This document shows positions 10,318 to 20,826 of a DNA stretch of 64,000 bases, piece after piece (positions within the stretch are counted from its first letter, which is position 1; the number at the start of each line of letters is the position of its first letter). The notes beneath the pieces were generated by a model. That model had not been told where the DNA came from and made no database searches. It saw only the letters and a program-made list of their open reading frames with translations. The translations under genes and the position numbers were made by a program. This stretch comes from a virus. Lineage: Duplodnaviria > Caudoviricetes. Location: positions 1 to 64,000 of IMG/VR virus record IMGVR_UViG_3300029305_003246, one strand, 5' to 3'.

Positions 10318-13300
10318 ATGCAGTTAAATTTCTTAGGTGAACAATATAAGATAATAGATACAACTAAGAACGGTCTTATTATAGAAGCTTATAATGATAC
10401 ACTTTTTATTTCTTATGATGTATTAAATGAGGCGAAGTCCGAGGCTCCATTATACAGGGTTTTAGGACCTAGAGGTACTGTAGATGCTATAGAAAAAAAT
10501 GAGTTTCGTAAGACTGCTAGTTACGGGATATGTCTTACTAGGGATAAAAATTATTGGATAGGTGACCTTGATGGCGTTGATAAAGGTATAAAACTATTCC
10601 AATTTAGAATAAATCAATACAAACTTGCTAGTGATTATAAAATAATCACTATTGCCGAGTCAGGATATCAACGTAAAGACCAACGAAGTGAATCTGAAGA
10701 ACGTATTTTAGAAACTGTTAAAAATGTTGATAGATATCTTGAATGTATAGATACTAGAAAAGGTTATGTTGAAAGACATATTGAAAGATTATTTAAGGCA
10801 GTGGAAAATTTTAATAGCAATGCAGTATTATCAGGTAAAAGTAAAGAAAAGATTGAAGTTCCTTTCAAATTAACAAGGGACTTATTTATGAAAATTCAGG
10901 ATTTTGTCTATGGGGGAAGTAGAAATTATATTTTAGCTATAGCAACTATACTAGACTATAAAATACCTTTAGGTGAAAACTTCTATGGAGCTTTAGATAG
11001 ATTCCAAGTTAAACATGATTGCAAGAAGTTTGTTGCTCCAAAAGTTTCATCTAACTTTAATGAACTTGAGGCAAAAGTCAAAGAAATACAAGCAAAAGTA
11101 CCACCTCAACCAAGTGCTAACTCAAGTGAAGAAAGTCCATTAGTAACTACTTTTAAGGCTAATATAGGTGACTATAAAAAGCGATTAAAAGCTATGGGTT
11201 ATCAAGTAATTAGAATAACTGATTTAAATTATGATTTATATAGACCTATGACTTATGGCATTAACTTCGGCGAAAGTCCAGTTGAATTCTCAGCTATATT
11301 AACTCCAAGTGATATATTGGCGACTTTAACATTTACAAGTAGGTCTGAAGCACGTGATGCGATATGTAAATTAAAGTCTTTAGGATATGCATTTGAGCAA
11401 AAGCAATTCCAAGTATTATTCTCTATTCCTATAGATATAACTGATTTTAATAAAATACAAATGGCTCTAGAAAATATGGAAGAGTGTTTATCTGATGGAA
11501 CTCCATGGTTCCATGGTATCGTTCTAGAGGAAGGGTTTAAGTTTAATAAAGCTAAATTAACTTATACAAGACGTTTTGGTCTTATAACTATGAACGTTAA
11601 AATAGATGGGTCTCAGGTTGAAGTTGAAGTTAAGTTCTCCAATAAAATATTTGCACCCGAGTCTAGTTCTGTTCAAGAATTAAAACAATCTTTAGCAGAC
11701 CAATATCATTTATACTCTAATGGTAAACATTTTAGATTAACTGAATTCCCTAAAAACTTTGAAAATCTTGTTAAATCTGTAGAAATAGTATCTGATAGAT
11801 TAGCAAAAGCTAAGAAAAGATATGAAGATAATGAAGAAATGTTCTTAAAAATGTTAGACCAAATAAGAGCAGCAGGTTTCAAGGATTATAATAAAGAATT
11901 ATCATTTAGAGCATCTACTATATATGCAGATTTTTATCTTAATGTTGATGCCGAATTTTGGACAGCGAATGTTGTGATTCTTCCAGATTATAGATTAGGC
12001 AAGAAAGGTATTAAATTACAAGAGGTTGAGTTTTTCAAAAATAATCCTTTATATACAAAAATGAATTTTGGAGCTGATGATGGGGCTAGACTTTCACTAC
12101 AGTCTTTCGATTATTTAGAAAAAAATTTAAAAGACTTAGCAGACTTAATAGATGACTTTAAGAATAATTCTAATACTCTTTTAGATTCTCCAGATGCTAA
12201 AAGATTTAGAAATATGATTTCTTATCTAGATTTAGATGAGTTTGAAAAAGATAGTAAGTACTATATAAAATATAAGGGTGAATATAAAAATTTACCTTTA
12301 GAAGCAGTTTATGATAAGGATGAAAATACTTGTAATCTATACATTAATGATAAAGATTTCGCTAAATCTGAACATTTAGTAAAAATTAAGAATTTCAATA
12401 ATGGGAATATTCACACTTCTTACACTGGTTATGCTTATATTAAATTTACTGATATGGATGACTTCAGACATTTCGTTAAGAAGTTTATAAAACTTCTAGA
12501 AACTGAACCATTTGACCCAATAGATGGATTCGAAGGTTCATCTAATGATTTCTTCTATACTTTATTAGTCAATTTAGGTTGTGAGAATATAAAAAATATA
12601 GGGACTATTATAGCATCCAAAGGTACTTTAGGTGATAAATCTGTTAAGATAGATATAATGACTGATACCGACCGTTTACTTCTTCGTATTGATAAATCTG
12701 TTGGATTCACTGAAGTTCCTTCTAGTTGGTCAAAATATTATAATGATGTAGAAGATAATGCAGATAATTTTGTTATTACAGTAGATGGTAAAAAGAATAT
12801 TGAAGCAATATTAAAATTAGTAAAAGATGGTGAATCTATCCAAACTCCTACTACTGAGAGTGATTTAAAGAATGTTAGACAATTATACAAAGCATTTGGG
12901 TTAGCAGTTACTGAAACTGAAACTCGTATAAAAGCAGAAGGTACATTAGGTTTTCTACATGCATATTGTCAAACAAGTAGAAAATCTTTAAGAACAAAGG
13001 TTCAGTTCTCTAAATCTTACAAAGCTAACTTAGATGTATCTGATTACATGCCACAAATTATGAAAATAAAAGGTGTAGAAGTATCAGATGATATTGAAGA
13101 AGTAAGAATTATGATTAGCGATGTATCTAACTTAGCAGGATTTTTAAGTGAAGTTGAAACTTTCGTTAAGCCAGACAAAGTTGCAATGAATTCTTATGAT
13201 AAAGTTAAAGACCAATTAGAATCTGCAGGTTATAAATTTTATCCACCTAATAGATTTGGAAAAGTTGATGTTTTAACTGATTCAGCTATATACTTCGAAG

Positions 13301-15120
13301 GTTCTCAAGTTGAAGTATACTTAGAGTTTAAAGATGTTGTTCTTAAAGATTCTAAGGATAAAGAATTAGCATTTAGTTGTTTTTTAGGTCTAACAAATAA
13401 ACATAAGCATGATATAGAAGATATTGGTATAGTATTCTATATGCAAAATAAAGTTGTGGATATTAAAGAAGTTGTTCATACTATCAACTACTTCAATGAT
13501 GCATTTAGTAAGGTTATGACAGGTAAGAAAAATGAAGTTACTGAAGAAAAGAATATCTTCATTGAAGGTATACTTGAAGAATTAAAGAAACAAGCATTTA
13601 CTACTAATGACCAAAAGAGCCTAGTGAAATTTGAAGGTTTTGTTAAAACTATGTTTATAGATGGTATAGCATATAAAAAGACGAAAAAAGTCCTTATTAA
13701 AATACAAGATTCTGAATTCGCCAAAGCATTTATAAACTCTTTAAAAGGAGTTGGTGATTTAGAAATAGATGATACTATACAAGGAGTATTCTATGTAACT
13801 ACTCGTCAAGTAAACTTCTTTAAAGAATTCTTTAAAAGAGCTAATAGTTTTACAATACAAAAATCTGTTGAAGGTCTAGAAAACTTTGAAAAAGCATTAG
13901 GCAAACTAGAATTTAAGAAAGATGTTAAAGATAGTATAATAACATATATTAGTATTGATGACCACGATATAAGAAGTATTAAAATAAATATGGATACAGG
14001 AGCAGTTAGATTAGTATATCGTAACTCAGCATTAATTGCTCAAAATATAGATAATTTAATAGGTAATGCAAAAGTAACAAATAACTTCCAAAAGGATTAT
14101 GTTTTAAAATTCGCCGATATAAAAGATGCAATCCAATCTATTGGAAAATATCAAGATATATTTAAGCCACAACACGTTGAAGAAGTCGTTCCAGACGAAG
14201 TATCAAATATAGGTGTTGTAGAAGAGCCAACTGAGCCAGTAGATAATGTAAGTTCTTTCACTTCAAAAGTTATGGATATTCTTAATAATTACGATATGGT
14301 AACTGATGACGATGGCCAAGGTATAGTTGCATTCTTAAAAACTTTCGGAAGTATAAAACTTAAGGGAGCTTTATGGACTAAGAAAGATAAAGTTGAAGTC
14401 AAGTTAGCAAAAGATACACCAACTACTATAGGTATATTAAAACAAGTTCCTACATTCGATGGTGTTAAACATACAGGTTATGTAGGTGATTATGAAATAT
14501 TATCTATAAGTAAACCAGAAGGATTTGAAAGTGTTTTAAAAGCTATAGGAGCACAAGGTAAAATGCGAAAAGGCGACCTTATAAATAGAGTATTTGACCT
14601 TAAGTTTAAGAAGACTGGCGACCCAGACCACGATGATGCTATAGATAGAGTTTTAGCTTATATTAAGAAAAATCAAAAGGCTCTTAAATCTAGAGCTGAC
14701 TTAGGGGTATGGTTACTTGATAATCCAAAAGAATTAAATAAATATAAACTAGAATATCCTTCAGTAATGCTTATGTTTTATGAAGGTGATAAGTTCGACG
14801 TTAAGAAAGACCCAATATTCTTAAAATTCTATAAATCTAAAGCATTATCAATAATACGTCAACCTTTCAAAACTAAAGACTTAAACGGAAATCCTTGTAT
14901 TGGTGTTTGTTTCTACGATGCGAAAACAGCATCTAAGTATAAATTAAAATTAATAGAAGAAGCAAAAGCAAATGATGTTACTGTTACTATAAATAACATA
15001 GATTTTAAAGTTATAAGTATAAATGATACAAAAGTATTATTTGAGTCATCTTTAGGTATACAATTTGAATCTGATGTAGAATTTGTTAACATTGTAGTTG
15101 ATGAACCTCTAGAAGATTAG
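10318..15120 (+). CDS. giant multidomain protein (1600 aa) with N-terminal ADP-ribosyltransferase-like domain, probable internal virion protein
   Basis: VLNE then LYR...ICLTRDKN...ESEERI; C-terminal domain shared with 6588-10289. Confidence 0.55.
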   Translation: MQLNFLGEQYKIIDTTKNGLIIEAYNDTLFISYDVLNEAKSEAPLYRVLGPRGTVDAIEKNEFRKTASYGICLTRDKNYWIGDLDGVDKGIKLFQFRINQYKLASDYKIITIAESGYQRKDQRSESEERILETVKNVDRYLECIDTRKGYVERHIERLFKAVENFNSNAVLSGKSKEKIEVPFKLTRDLFMKIQDFVYGGSRNYILAIATILDYKIPLGENFYGALDRFQVKHDCKKFVAPKVSSNFNELEAKVKEIQAKVPPQPSANSSEESPLVTTFKANIGDYKKRLKAMGYQVIRITDLNYDLYRPMTYGINFGESPVEFSAILTPSDILATLTFTSRSEARDAICKLKSLGYAFEQKQFQVLFSIPIDITDFNKIQMALENMEECLSDGTPWFHGIVLEEGFKFNKAKLTYTRRFGLITMNVKIDGSQVEVEVKFSNKIFAPESSSVQELKQSLADQYHLYSNGKHFRLTEFPKNFENLVKSVEIVSDRLAKAKKRYEDNEEMFLKMLDQIRAAGFKDYNKELSFRASTIYADFYLNVDAEFWTANVVILPDYRLGKKGIKLQEVEFFKNNPLYTKMNFGADDGARLSLQSFDYLEKNLKDLADLIDDFKNNSNTLLDSPDAKRFRNMISYLDLDEFEKDSKYYIKYKGEYKNLPLEAVYDKDENTCNLYINDKDFAKSEHLVKIKNFNNGNIHTSYTGYAYIKFTDMDDFRHFVKKFIKLLETEPFDPIDGFEGSSNDFFYTLLVNLGCENIKNIGTIIASKGTLGDKSVKIDIMTDTDRLLLRIDKSVGFTEVPSSWSKYYNDVEDNADNFVITVDGKKNIEAILKLVKDGESIQTPTTESDLKNVRQLYKAFGLAVTETETRIKAEGTLGFLHAYCQTSRKSLRTKVQFSKSYKANLDVSDYMPQIMKIKGVEVSDDIEEVRIMISDVSNLAGFLSEVETFVKPDKVAMNSYDKVKDQLESAGYKFYPPNRFGKVDVLTDSAIYFEGSQVEVYLEFKDVVLKDSKDKELAFSCFLGLTNKHKHDIEDIGIVFYMQNKVVDIKEVVHTINYFNDAFSKVMTGKKNEVTEEKNIFIEGILEELKKQAFTTNDQKSLVKFEGFVKTMFIDGIAYKKTKKVLIKIQDSEFAKAFINSLKGVGDLEIDDTIQGVFYVTTRQVNFFKEFFKRANSFTIQKSVEGLENFEKALGKLEFKKDVKDSIITYISIDDHDIRSIKINMDTGAVRLVYRNSALIAQNIDNLIGNAKVTNNFQKDYVLKFADIKDAIQSIGKYQDIFKPQHVEEVVPDEVSNIGVVEEPTEPVDNVSSFTSKVMDILNNYDMVTDDDGQGIVAFLKTFGSIKLKGALWTKKDKVEVKLAKDTPTTIGILKQVPTFDGVKHTGYVGDYEILSISKPEGFESVLKAIGAQGKMRKGDLINRVFDLKFKKTGDPDHDDAIDRVLAYIKKNQKALKSRADLGVWLLDNPKELNKYKLEYPSVMLMFYEGDKFDVKKDPIFLKFYKSKALSIIRQPFKTKDLNGNPCIGVCFYDAKTASKYKLKLIEEAKANDVTVTINNIDFKVISINDTKVLFESSLGIQFESDVEFVNIVVDEPLED

Positions 15121-15170
15121 TTCTATATTTCAATAGATAAAACTATTCATTTAAAAGGAGTAGAGGTACA

Positions 15171-15455
15171 ATGAAAGATAATGATGTTGTATATCGTTTT
15201 AAAAGTTTTAAGGTGATTAAAAAATATAATCATTTCTTAATAATCAATACACGTAAACCTTTTAAGGATGGACATACCCATGTAGAGGGTGACCTTGATA
15301 CTTGTATTGCTATAATTAAAACTGTCTACAACGAGGAAGAACCAATGAGTCGAAATATTCATTTCCTAACTTCTTTGATGAGATTAAGTAGTAATAGAAA
15401 ATATAGACTAAAAATAGATGAATTAATAAAATGCATCGAATATGAAGTTCCATGA
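15171..15455 (+). CDS. hypothetical protein
   Basis: ORF with RBS. Confidence 0.6.
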   Translation: MKDNDVVYRFKSFKVIKKYNHFLIINTRKPFKDGHTHVEGDLDTCIAIIKTVYNEEEPMSRNIHFLTSLMRLSSNRKYRLKIDELIKCIEYEVP

Positions 15456-15457
15456 AG

Positions 15458-15499
15458 GGGATGGAAGTGATTAAGTTCACTTTCATCCTTTTTATCGTT
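15458..15499 (+). terminator. terminator/promoter cassette (GTTCA-N16-CGTT)
   Basis: GGATGGAAGTGA...TCACTTTCATCC-TTTTT-ATCGTT. Confidence 0.7.
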
Positions 15500-15534
15500 C
15501 TTATAAGTACAAATAAAATAATGGAGGTATTAAT

Positions 15535-16803
15535 ATGAGTATATCTTGTGGTAGAAAAATAAGCGAATTAGAGGTTATATGTAAGGAATTAGGGCTTGAA
15601 ATTATACCTACAGGCAAAAATGGTAGGTTCATGAAGGATGATTATGTAAAAGCATTAAGGGAGTATTATTTAAACAAAATTTTCAAAGGAAAAGATAATG
15701 CACCCGTATCTTTAAAACTAATGTTAGAGCTTGAATCTCCAATGTTATCTTGCCAACATAAAGATGTGAAAGCAGATGTTGAACCTAAACTTTGGATAGA
15801 TGATAATAATTGGACGGCCGAAGAAAAAATGGATGGAGCTCGTATGGTTACGATGTTATTTGCAGGTGGAGGATTTAGTGCATTTTCTAGAAATAACAGC
15901 GATGTGAATTACCTTCCTATTCCTTATAATAATCAAATATATGTAGGGACTATAGATTGGAGTAAAATAACTGATACTTTTATCCTAGATAATGAAATAA
16001 TATGCACGAACCCAAATGTTCAAACTTCCTTTAATAATCTAGAAACTGAAACTATGTTACAGGCAGTTACTTCTTTATTGGCTCTTAAAAAAGAAGATAC
16101 TATAGCTTTACAAAAAATGTATGATAGACCATTGAAGTTTATGGCTTTCGATTGTCTTTATTGGAACGGTGAGTGGATAATGGATAAGCCACTTAAAGAA
16201 AGACGTGAGTATTTATTAAAAGCAGTTGCCCAAATGATTGAGGCAGGTTTTAATGTTGAGGTCAATAAATGGGTGACTTCTAATAAGAAAGCCTTCTATA
16301 AAAATATTATTAAGAATAACGGTGAAGGAATTATAATGAAAGATGAAAATTCTGTATATAAAGCAGTATCATCTAGAGCTCATAGAAGTTGGGTTAAAGT
16401 TAAAAAGACTATGTCCGAAATGCTAACTGAGACAGGTACGGGAGATACTATAGATGGAGCTATAACAGGCTATACTTTAGGTGAAGGAAAAAACGAAGGC
16501 AAAGTTGGTAGTGTTGAAGTATCTATAAACTTAGAATGTGAGGATGGCTCTATAATTACTCATAAAATCGCATATGTTGGTGGATTTGATGATGCCCTTC
16601 GAGATGATATGACTTTAATAGATGAAAATGGAAATGTAACTCTTAATCCTAAGTATTATGGAAAAATAGTTGAAGTCGATGGTTATGGTATATCAAGTAG
16701 AGTTATGAGACTTCGCCACGCCGTACTTATAAGATTTAGAGACGATAAAAACTTCGAGGATTGTATTTATACTGAAAAATTTATAAAATCTATGATATTA
16801 TAG
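15535..16803 (+). CDS. lig: ATP-dependent DNA ligase
   Basis: EEKMDGAR (motif I), LDNE, AFDCL, EGIIMK, WVKVK, RLRH..LIRFRDDK. Confidence 0.93.
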   Translation: MSISCGRKISELEVICKELGLEIIPTGKNGRFMKDDYVKALREYYLNKIFKGKDNAPVSLKLMLELESPMLSCQHKDVKADVEPKLWIDDNNWTAEEKMDGARMVTMLFAGGGFSAFSRNNSDVNYLPIPYNNQIYVGTIDWSKITDTFILDNEIICTNPNVQTSFNNLETETMLQAVTSLLALKKEDTIALQKMYDRPLKFMAFDCLYWNGEWIMDKPLKERREYLLKAVAQMIEAGFNVEVNKWVTSNKKAFYKNIIKNNGEGIIMKDENSVYKAVSSRAHRSWVKVKKTMSEMLTETGTGDTIDGAITGYTLGEGKNEGKVGSVEVSINLECEDGSIITHKIAYVGGFDDALRDDMTLIDENGNVTLNPKYYGKIVEVDGYGISSRVMRLRHAVLIRFRDDKNFEDCIYTEKFIKSMIL

Positions 16804-16812
16804 AAAATTTTT

Positions 16813-17041
16813 AAGGAATCGAGTTCTTTTTCGATTCCTTTTTTCGTACATAGGAATATAAGTGTTACATACTTATTAGGGTTAAAATTTAGATAAAAAT
16901 TTCTATAAATTGGTATAAATATTTTTAGAAAGTATATAATAGGAGTATAAAGATAAATTAGTCATTCAAACCTATTTTAACCCGACCTATGAAAAATAAT
17001 TCAAGATTTCAGTTCACTTTTTACTCCAAGTTTAATACAAT
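16813..17041 (+). promoter_or_regulatory. terminator followed by three tandem promoters upstream of a sigma-like gene
   Basis: GTTCT-N17-CGTA (16823-16848), GGTATA-N17-TATAAT (16912-16940), GTTCAC-N18-TACAAT (17012-17041). Confidence 0.6.
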
Positions 17042-17087
17042 GAATATATAAATAATAAAATTTAAAAATTAATGGGGGTAAGCCCTT

Positions 17088-17747
17088 ATGAGAAATTTAT
17101 TAAGAGAATTAGAAAAAATGGAATTCGTTAATGAAACTATATGTATGGAAGAAGGATACTTATTAGTACACAACGTTCTTAAAAGATTATATAACGGTGG
17201 AAACTATGAATTCTTAAGAAATACAACTAGTTTTGAAGATTTATTAGACGATATATTTGAAATCTGTATAAGAAGAGATTTATTTAATAGATTCCAATTA
17301 AGCCAAGATTTTATAGATGGTAAAACTGAAAATAATGGGAAAAGAACGTATATAAAAGTAGCAGTTAAAAGAATGCTAATCGACTTAAATGCTTATAGAC
17401 GTACAAAAGTGACTATAAGTGCAGACAAAGAAGTTGATGGCGATGACGATAATAGCGAAAACTTATATAATACTCTTGCAGATAATGTAAACGTTCAAGA
17501 TGAAGTTACAGCTAGACTTGATGTTATGCAAGTTATAAATACTTTAGACGATACTAAAGGGACTGCAGTTGGAGTTAGCCCATTATTAGGTGAAAGTAAA
17601 CTAAATGAAAAAACTGTTTTACTTCACGTATTAGAAGGTTATAACGTAACTGAAATAGCAGCAATGTATAAGAATCCTACTACAGGAAAGCCAGTTGCGA
17701 AAACTTATGTAAGTAGATTAATAAAAAATTGTAGACAATATTTCTAG
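17088..17747 (+). CDS. sigma70-family RNA polymerase sigma factor-like protein
   Basis: region-2-like YIKVAVKRMLID and region-4 HTH LEGYNVTEIAAMY...YVSRLIK. Confidence 0.7.
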   Translation: MRNLLRELEKMEFVNETICMEEGYLLVHNVLKRLYNGGNYEFLRNTTSFEDLLDDIFEICIRRDLFNRFQLSQDFIDGKTENNGKRTYIKVAVKRMLIDLNAYRRTKVTISADKEVDGDDDNSENLYNTLADNVNVQDEVTARLDVMQVINTLDDTKGTAVGVSPLLGESKLNEKTVLLHVLEGYNVTEIAAMYKNPTTGKPVAKTYVSRLIKNCRQYF

Positions 17748-17749
17748 TA

Positions 17750-17780
17750 AGAAGGTTCATTTGAACCTTCTTTTTTCGTT
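17750..17780 (+). terminator. terminator/promoter cassette (GTTCA-N17-CGTT)
   Basis: AGAAGGTTCA-TT-TGAACCTTCT-TTTTT-CGTT. Confidence 0.75.
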
Positions 17781-17800
17781 CTAGTAAGTGAGGTGATTAA

Positions 17801-18340
17801 ATGTCGAGTCCAAAATTCCTTAAAAAATGTATAGAAGATATTTATAACACTAGTCCTCTTTTAATAGTAGGGGAGGCGAGATTACTCTTTTTAAGAGCTT
17901 GGCAATATAAGGTTAATCGAGTTACTAACACGAAGGAGTTAAGGGAAGTTACTAACTACTATTCAACTATAAAAGATTCTAAGCCTATAGTCATAGACGA
18001 TTTGTCGTTACTTCAAGAATCCTCTTTAAAGCTATTATTAAAACTTGTGGAGGAGTCAAAGACGCCAGTTATCTTATTAAGTAGTTATGATAATTTAGAT
18101 AGTATACTTCTATCTAGAATTAAGACATTTATAAGATTTAATGAGCCTATACATTCCGATTTTCTAGACTTACAATCTTTTTATGATGTTTTAGTTGAAA
18201 AGGATTTTAAAGATTCCAAAGCATCTGATAAGTTAAAGTTCTATTTAGAAAAATGCCCTATGTATTTACAGTTGGAGTATGATTTAAATACTTCTTCTAA
18301 TAAAAATAAAATATTATCTATTTTAGCAGGAGGTGAGTAG
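17801..18340 (+). CDS. degenerate AAA+ clamp-loader subunit (delta'-like)
   Basis: IVIDD...LLLKLVEE...ILLSR resembles the HolB/DnaX Walker B, LLKxxEE and SRC regions; no Walker A. Confidence 0.55.
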   Translation: MSSPKFLKKCIEDIYNTSPLLIVGEARLLFLRAWQYKVNRVTNTKELREVTNYYSTIKDSKPIVIDDLSLLQESSLKLLLKLVEESKTPVILLSSYDNLDSILLSRIKTFIRFNEPIHSDFLDLQSFYDVLVEKDFKDSKASDKLKFYLEKCPMYLQLEYDLNTSSNKNKILSILAGGE

Positions 18341-19003
18341 ATGGAGGGGAAATGTGTTAAAGTTAAAGACCTATCTATGATAAATTATATCTATCCAGAG
18401 TTTATTACTCTAAGTTATGTGAATTTTCTTAATAGGGATGATAAAGTCATATATGTAGGTAAACCCTTTAAGGGTCTAGATGAATATTTAGCTAAAAATA
18501 CTAAAGCATACATTAATACTGTAGGCACGCCAGAGATTGACTTAACTACTAATGAAGCTCTAATAAAATATTGCTATGATAAGAAGCAAAAGAACTTGTC
18601 TAACTCCACGAAATATTTCTTAGAAGGTCTTAATGATAAGGATTTATGGACTGCGATGAAAATATTCCTTCAAATAGGGAAATTACCCTATGAAATAAAA
18701 AAGGATGTAAGTATTTATAAGTTATTTCAGTCCTTTTCAGAGCCTACTTCAAATACTTTAAAAATTGTCTTTGATTTATTTGATACTTATCCAATGGGGG
18801 TTCTCGAATCAAGTTTGCTAACGTTCTTAGAACGTGTGACGCATAACTCAAGCGAGTCTGTATCGAATAAATATGGTTTATTAATTAATAGTACGAAAAT
18901 GAAATATGGCAAGAATATTAAAAGTAGTTTATTAACTTATAGCAAGTCCAATAAAACTGAACTAGATTTTATTAATTTAGTCTTAAGCATAAGAGGGGTG
19001 TGA
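18341..19003 (+). CDS. hypothetical protein, possible clamp-loader delta-like subunit
   Basis: coupled to the delta'-like gene; assignment by context only. Confidence 0.4.
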   Translation: MEGKCVKVKDLSMINYIYPEFITLSYVNFLNRDDKVIYVGKPFKGLDEYLAKNTKAYINTVGTPEIDLTTNEALIKYCYDKKQKNLSNSTKYFLEGLNDKDLWTAMKIFLQIGKLPYEIKKDVSIYKLFQSFSEPTSNTLKIVFDLFDTYPMGVLESSLLTFLERVTHNSSESVSNKYGLLINSTKMKYGKNIKSSLLTYSKSNKTELDFINLVLSIRGV

Positions 19004-19007
19004 TTAT

Positions 19008-19265
19008 ATGTTCATTAGTTCTTATTCTCCAAGTGAAATGGATAAAATGAATTATGATGATTTGTCTTATATAGTAGGTTTAATAGTTAATAAAATAATA
19101 GTGAAACCACCTCGATGTCGAATAGATGGTGAGTTTGCTTATATTGATGAATATTCAGGATACTTCCAGTGCGAGCATTGTGGTAGATTTGGAAAACTTT
19201 ATATTGGTAAATCGTTGGATGATTTTAGCGATTGGAGGGAGCTTGATGATAGATTTTTCAGATAG
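19008..19265 (+). CDS. small zinc-finger protein
   Basis: CRID...FQCEHCG. Confidence 0.5.
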   Translation: MFISSYSPSEMDKMNYDDLSYIVGLIVNKIIVKPPRCRIDGEFAYIDEYSGYFQCEHCGRFGKLYIGKSLDDFSDWRELDDRFFR

Positions 19266-19923
19266 AGTTGTTGCAATAAATAAAACTTATCAAGATAAAT
19301 TTGATTTAAAAGTAGTTAATGAGTTATTAAAAAGGGGAGTTCATTATGATGAACTTCCTTCTCATATTAAGCATAAAGCATTATTGAAGTATTGGTCTAT
19401 CTGCACACCAGATGTTGTTAGAAAGGGATTTATTCCTTCACAGTATGTCTCAAATCCAGATATAGTTGTGGTTAATAGGACTCCTACTACAAATGATTTA
19501 AAGTATACCAATACAAATATAGCAAAGAATCCTTCTAATGCAGTCATTAATAAGCTAGTACATGAGTTAGGATTTACTGACCCATATGTAACAAGCTTAT
19601 CCTTCCATGTAACTTCTCATTACAATGATTGGACTTTAGATAAATTAAAAGAAGAATTCCTATTTAAGAACTTAGAGTTTGATAATATAGAAGTTCCTCA
19701 AGTATTTCTTTTACTTGGTAATGATGCCATGAATGTATTCTTTGATACAGGTAGAACTGTCCAAAATATATTTGGGGATATCTACTTGGCCGAATATAAA
19801 GGAGCCAAGCGAATGTTTATACCCATACCTCATACAGCCTACTTACTTAGAGATAAAAATTTATATAAAAATACGGTTCTATTTTTAAGAGCTATCCGTT
19901 CAGTATTGCAACAAATAAAATAA
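19246..19923 (+). CDS. uracil-DNA glycosylase superfamily-like protein
   Basis: IVVVNRTP, FLLLGNDA and PIPHTAYLLR resemble family-4 UDG motifs; GGAGG RBS favours start 19243/19246. Confidence 0.6.
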   Translation: MIDFSDRVVAINKTYQDKFDLKVVNELLKRGVHYDELPSHIKHKALLKYWSICTPDVVRKGFIPSQYVSNPDIVVVNRTPTTNDLKYTNTNIAKNPSNAVINKLVHELGFTDPYVTSLSFHVTSHYNDWTLDKLKEEFLFKNLEFDNIEVPQVFLLLGNDAMNVFFDTGRTVQNIFGDIYLAEYKGAKRMFIPIPHTAYLLRDKNLYKNTVLFLRAIRSVLQQIK

Positions 19924-19936
19924 AGGAGGAATACTA

Positions 19937-20326
19937 ATGCGAGTAGATACTGTAGCACAATTTAGAGATATATTAAAAGATATGGGAGACTTATATGAAA
20001 GAAAAAATGCCGATTATGGTGGAGCTATAGAAAAAGCAATACACGAATTCGGTTATGTATATTCTGCTTGTATGTTATTTAATAAGCTAGAAAGATTTAG
20101 AAATCTTATAAAGAAAGATGATTATGAAGGGAAAGTTGGTGAGTCTTTAGTCGATACACTTTTAGATATGGCAAACTATGCAGTTGAAACAGCTAGAGTT
20201 ATGATGAATGATATGGAATATATAGCCGAAATGCATCGCCTTGATGAGGTTAGAGCATTAACGGTAGAAGAGTTTAATAAACTTCATCCAGATAATGCTT
20301 GGAGTGATTGGGGTGAAGAAATATAA
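19937..20326 (+). CDS. nucleotide-modification-associated DUF1599/Nmad1-like (MazG-fold) protein
   Basis: KNADYG...KLERF...ESLVDTLLDMANYA. Confidence 0.75.
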   Translation: MRVDTVAQFRDILKDMGDLYERKNADYGGAIEKAIHEFGYVYSACMLFNKLERFRNLIKKDDYEGKVGESLVDTLLDMANYAVETARVMMNDMEYIAEMHRLDEVRALTVEEFNKLHPDNAWSDWGEEI

Positions 20327-20766
20327 TGGCAACTTCTCTATCTGATATATTAAAGGAAGTGGATTCGCTATTGACTGAGGCCAATAGCGAATTACTTGAT
20401 TTAATAGAAAGTTCTTCCTCTATCGATTTAACATTACCTTCTTTCGAAGACGCATCTAGTAAGAAATGTTTATATGATAGTTATGCTAAAATAGTTAATT
20501 TTAATGCATCATGTGCACAGAGTGTCATGAAGGTTAATCGCTTATTATTAACTATAAAAGATATACAAAATCAAATAATCTCTTCAGATGCCTACAATTA
20601 TAATGTTATACAGCAGTTCAACCTTAATGTTAAAAACTCTACCACTAAAGTAAAAGAAAATTTATCTAATGTTCAAGATTTTAAGAATAGCCTTGATGCG
20701 ATACTTAAATTTTATAATAACTTAAGTTTTATATTAACTTCGCCATACTTAAGGGAAAATATTTAG
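20326..20766 (+). CDS. hypothetical helical protein
   Basis: translationally coupled ORF. Confidence 0.6.
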   Translation: MATSLSDILKEVDSLLTEANSELLDLIESSSSIDLTLPSFEDASSKKCLYDSYAKIVNFNASCAQSVMKVNRLLLTIKDIQNQIISSDAYNYNVIQQFNLNVKNSTTKVKENLSNVQDFKNSLDAILKFYNNLSFILTSPYLRENI

Positions 20767-20790
20767 TTCATTTATATAGTAAATACCGTT
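20766..20790 (+). promoter_or_regulatory. GTTCA-N16-CGTT promoter motif without terminator
   Basis: starts on the G of the upstream TAG stop; precedes the SSB gene. Confidence 0.7.
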
Positions 20791-20826
20791 ATAAAATATA
20801 CAAATAAAATTTAGGAGGTAGCCAGT

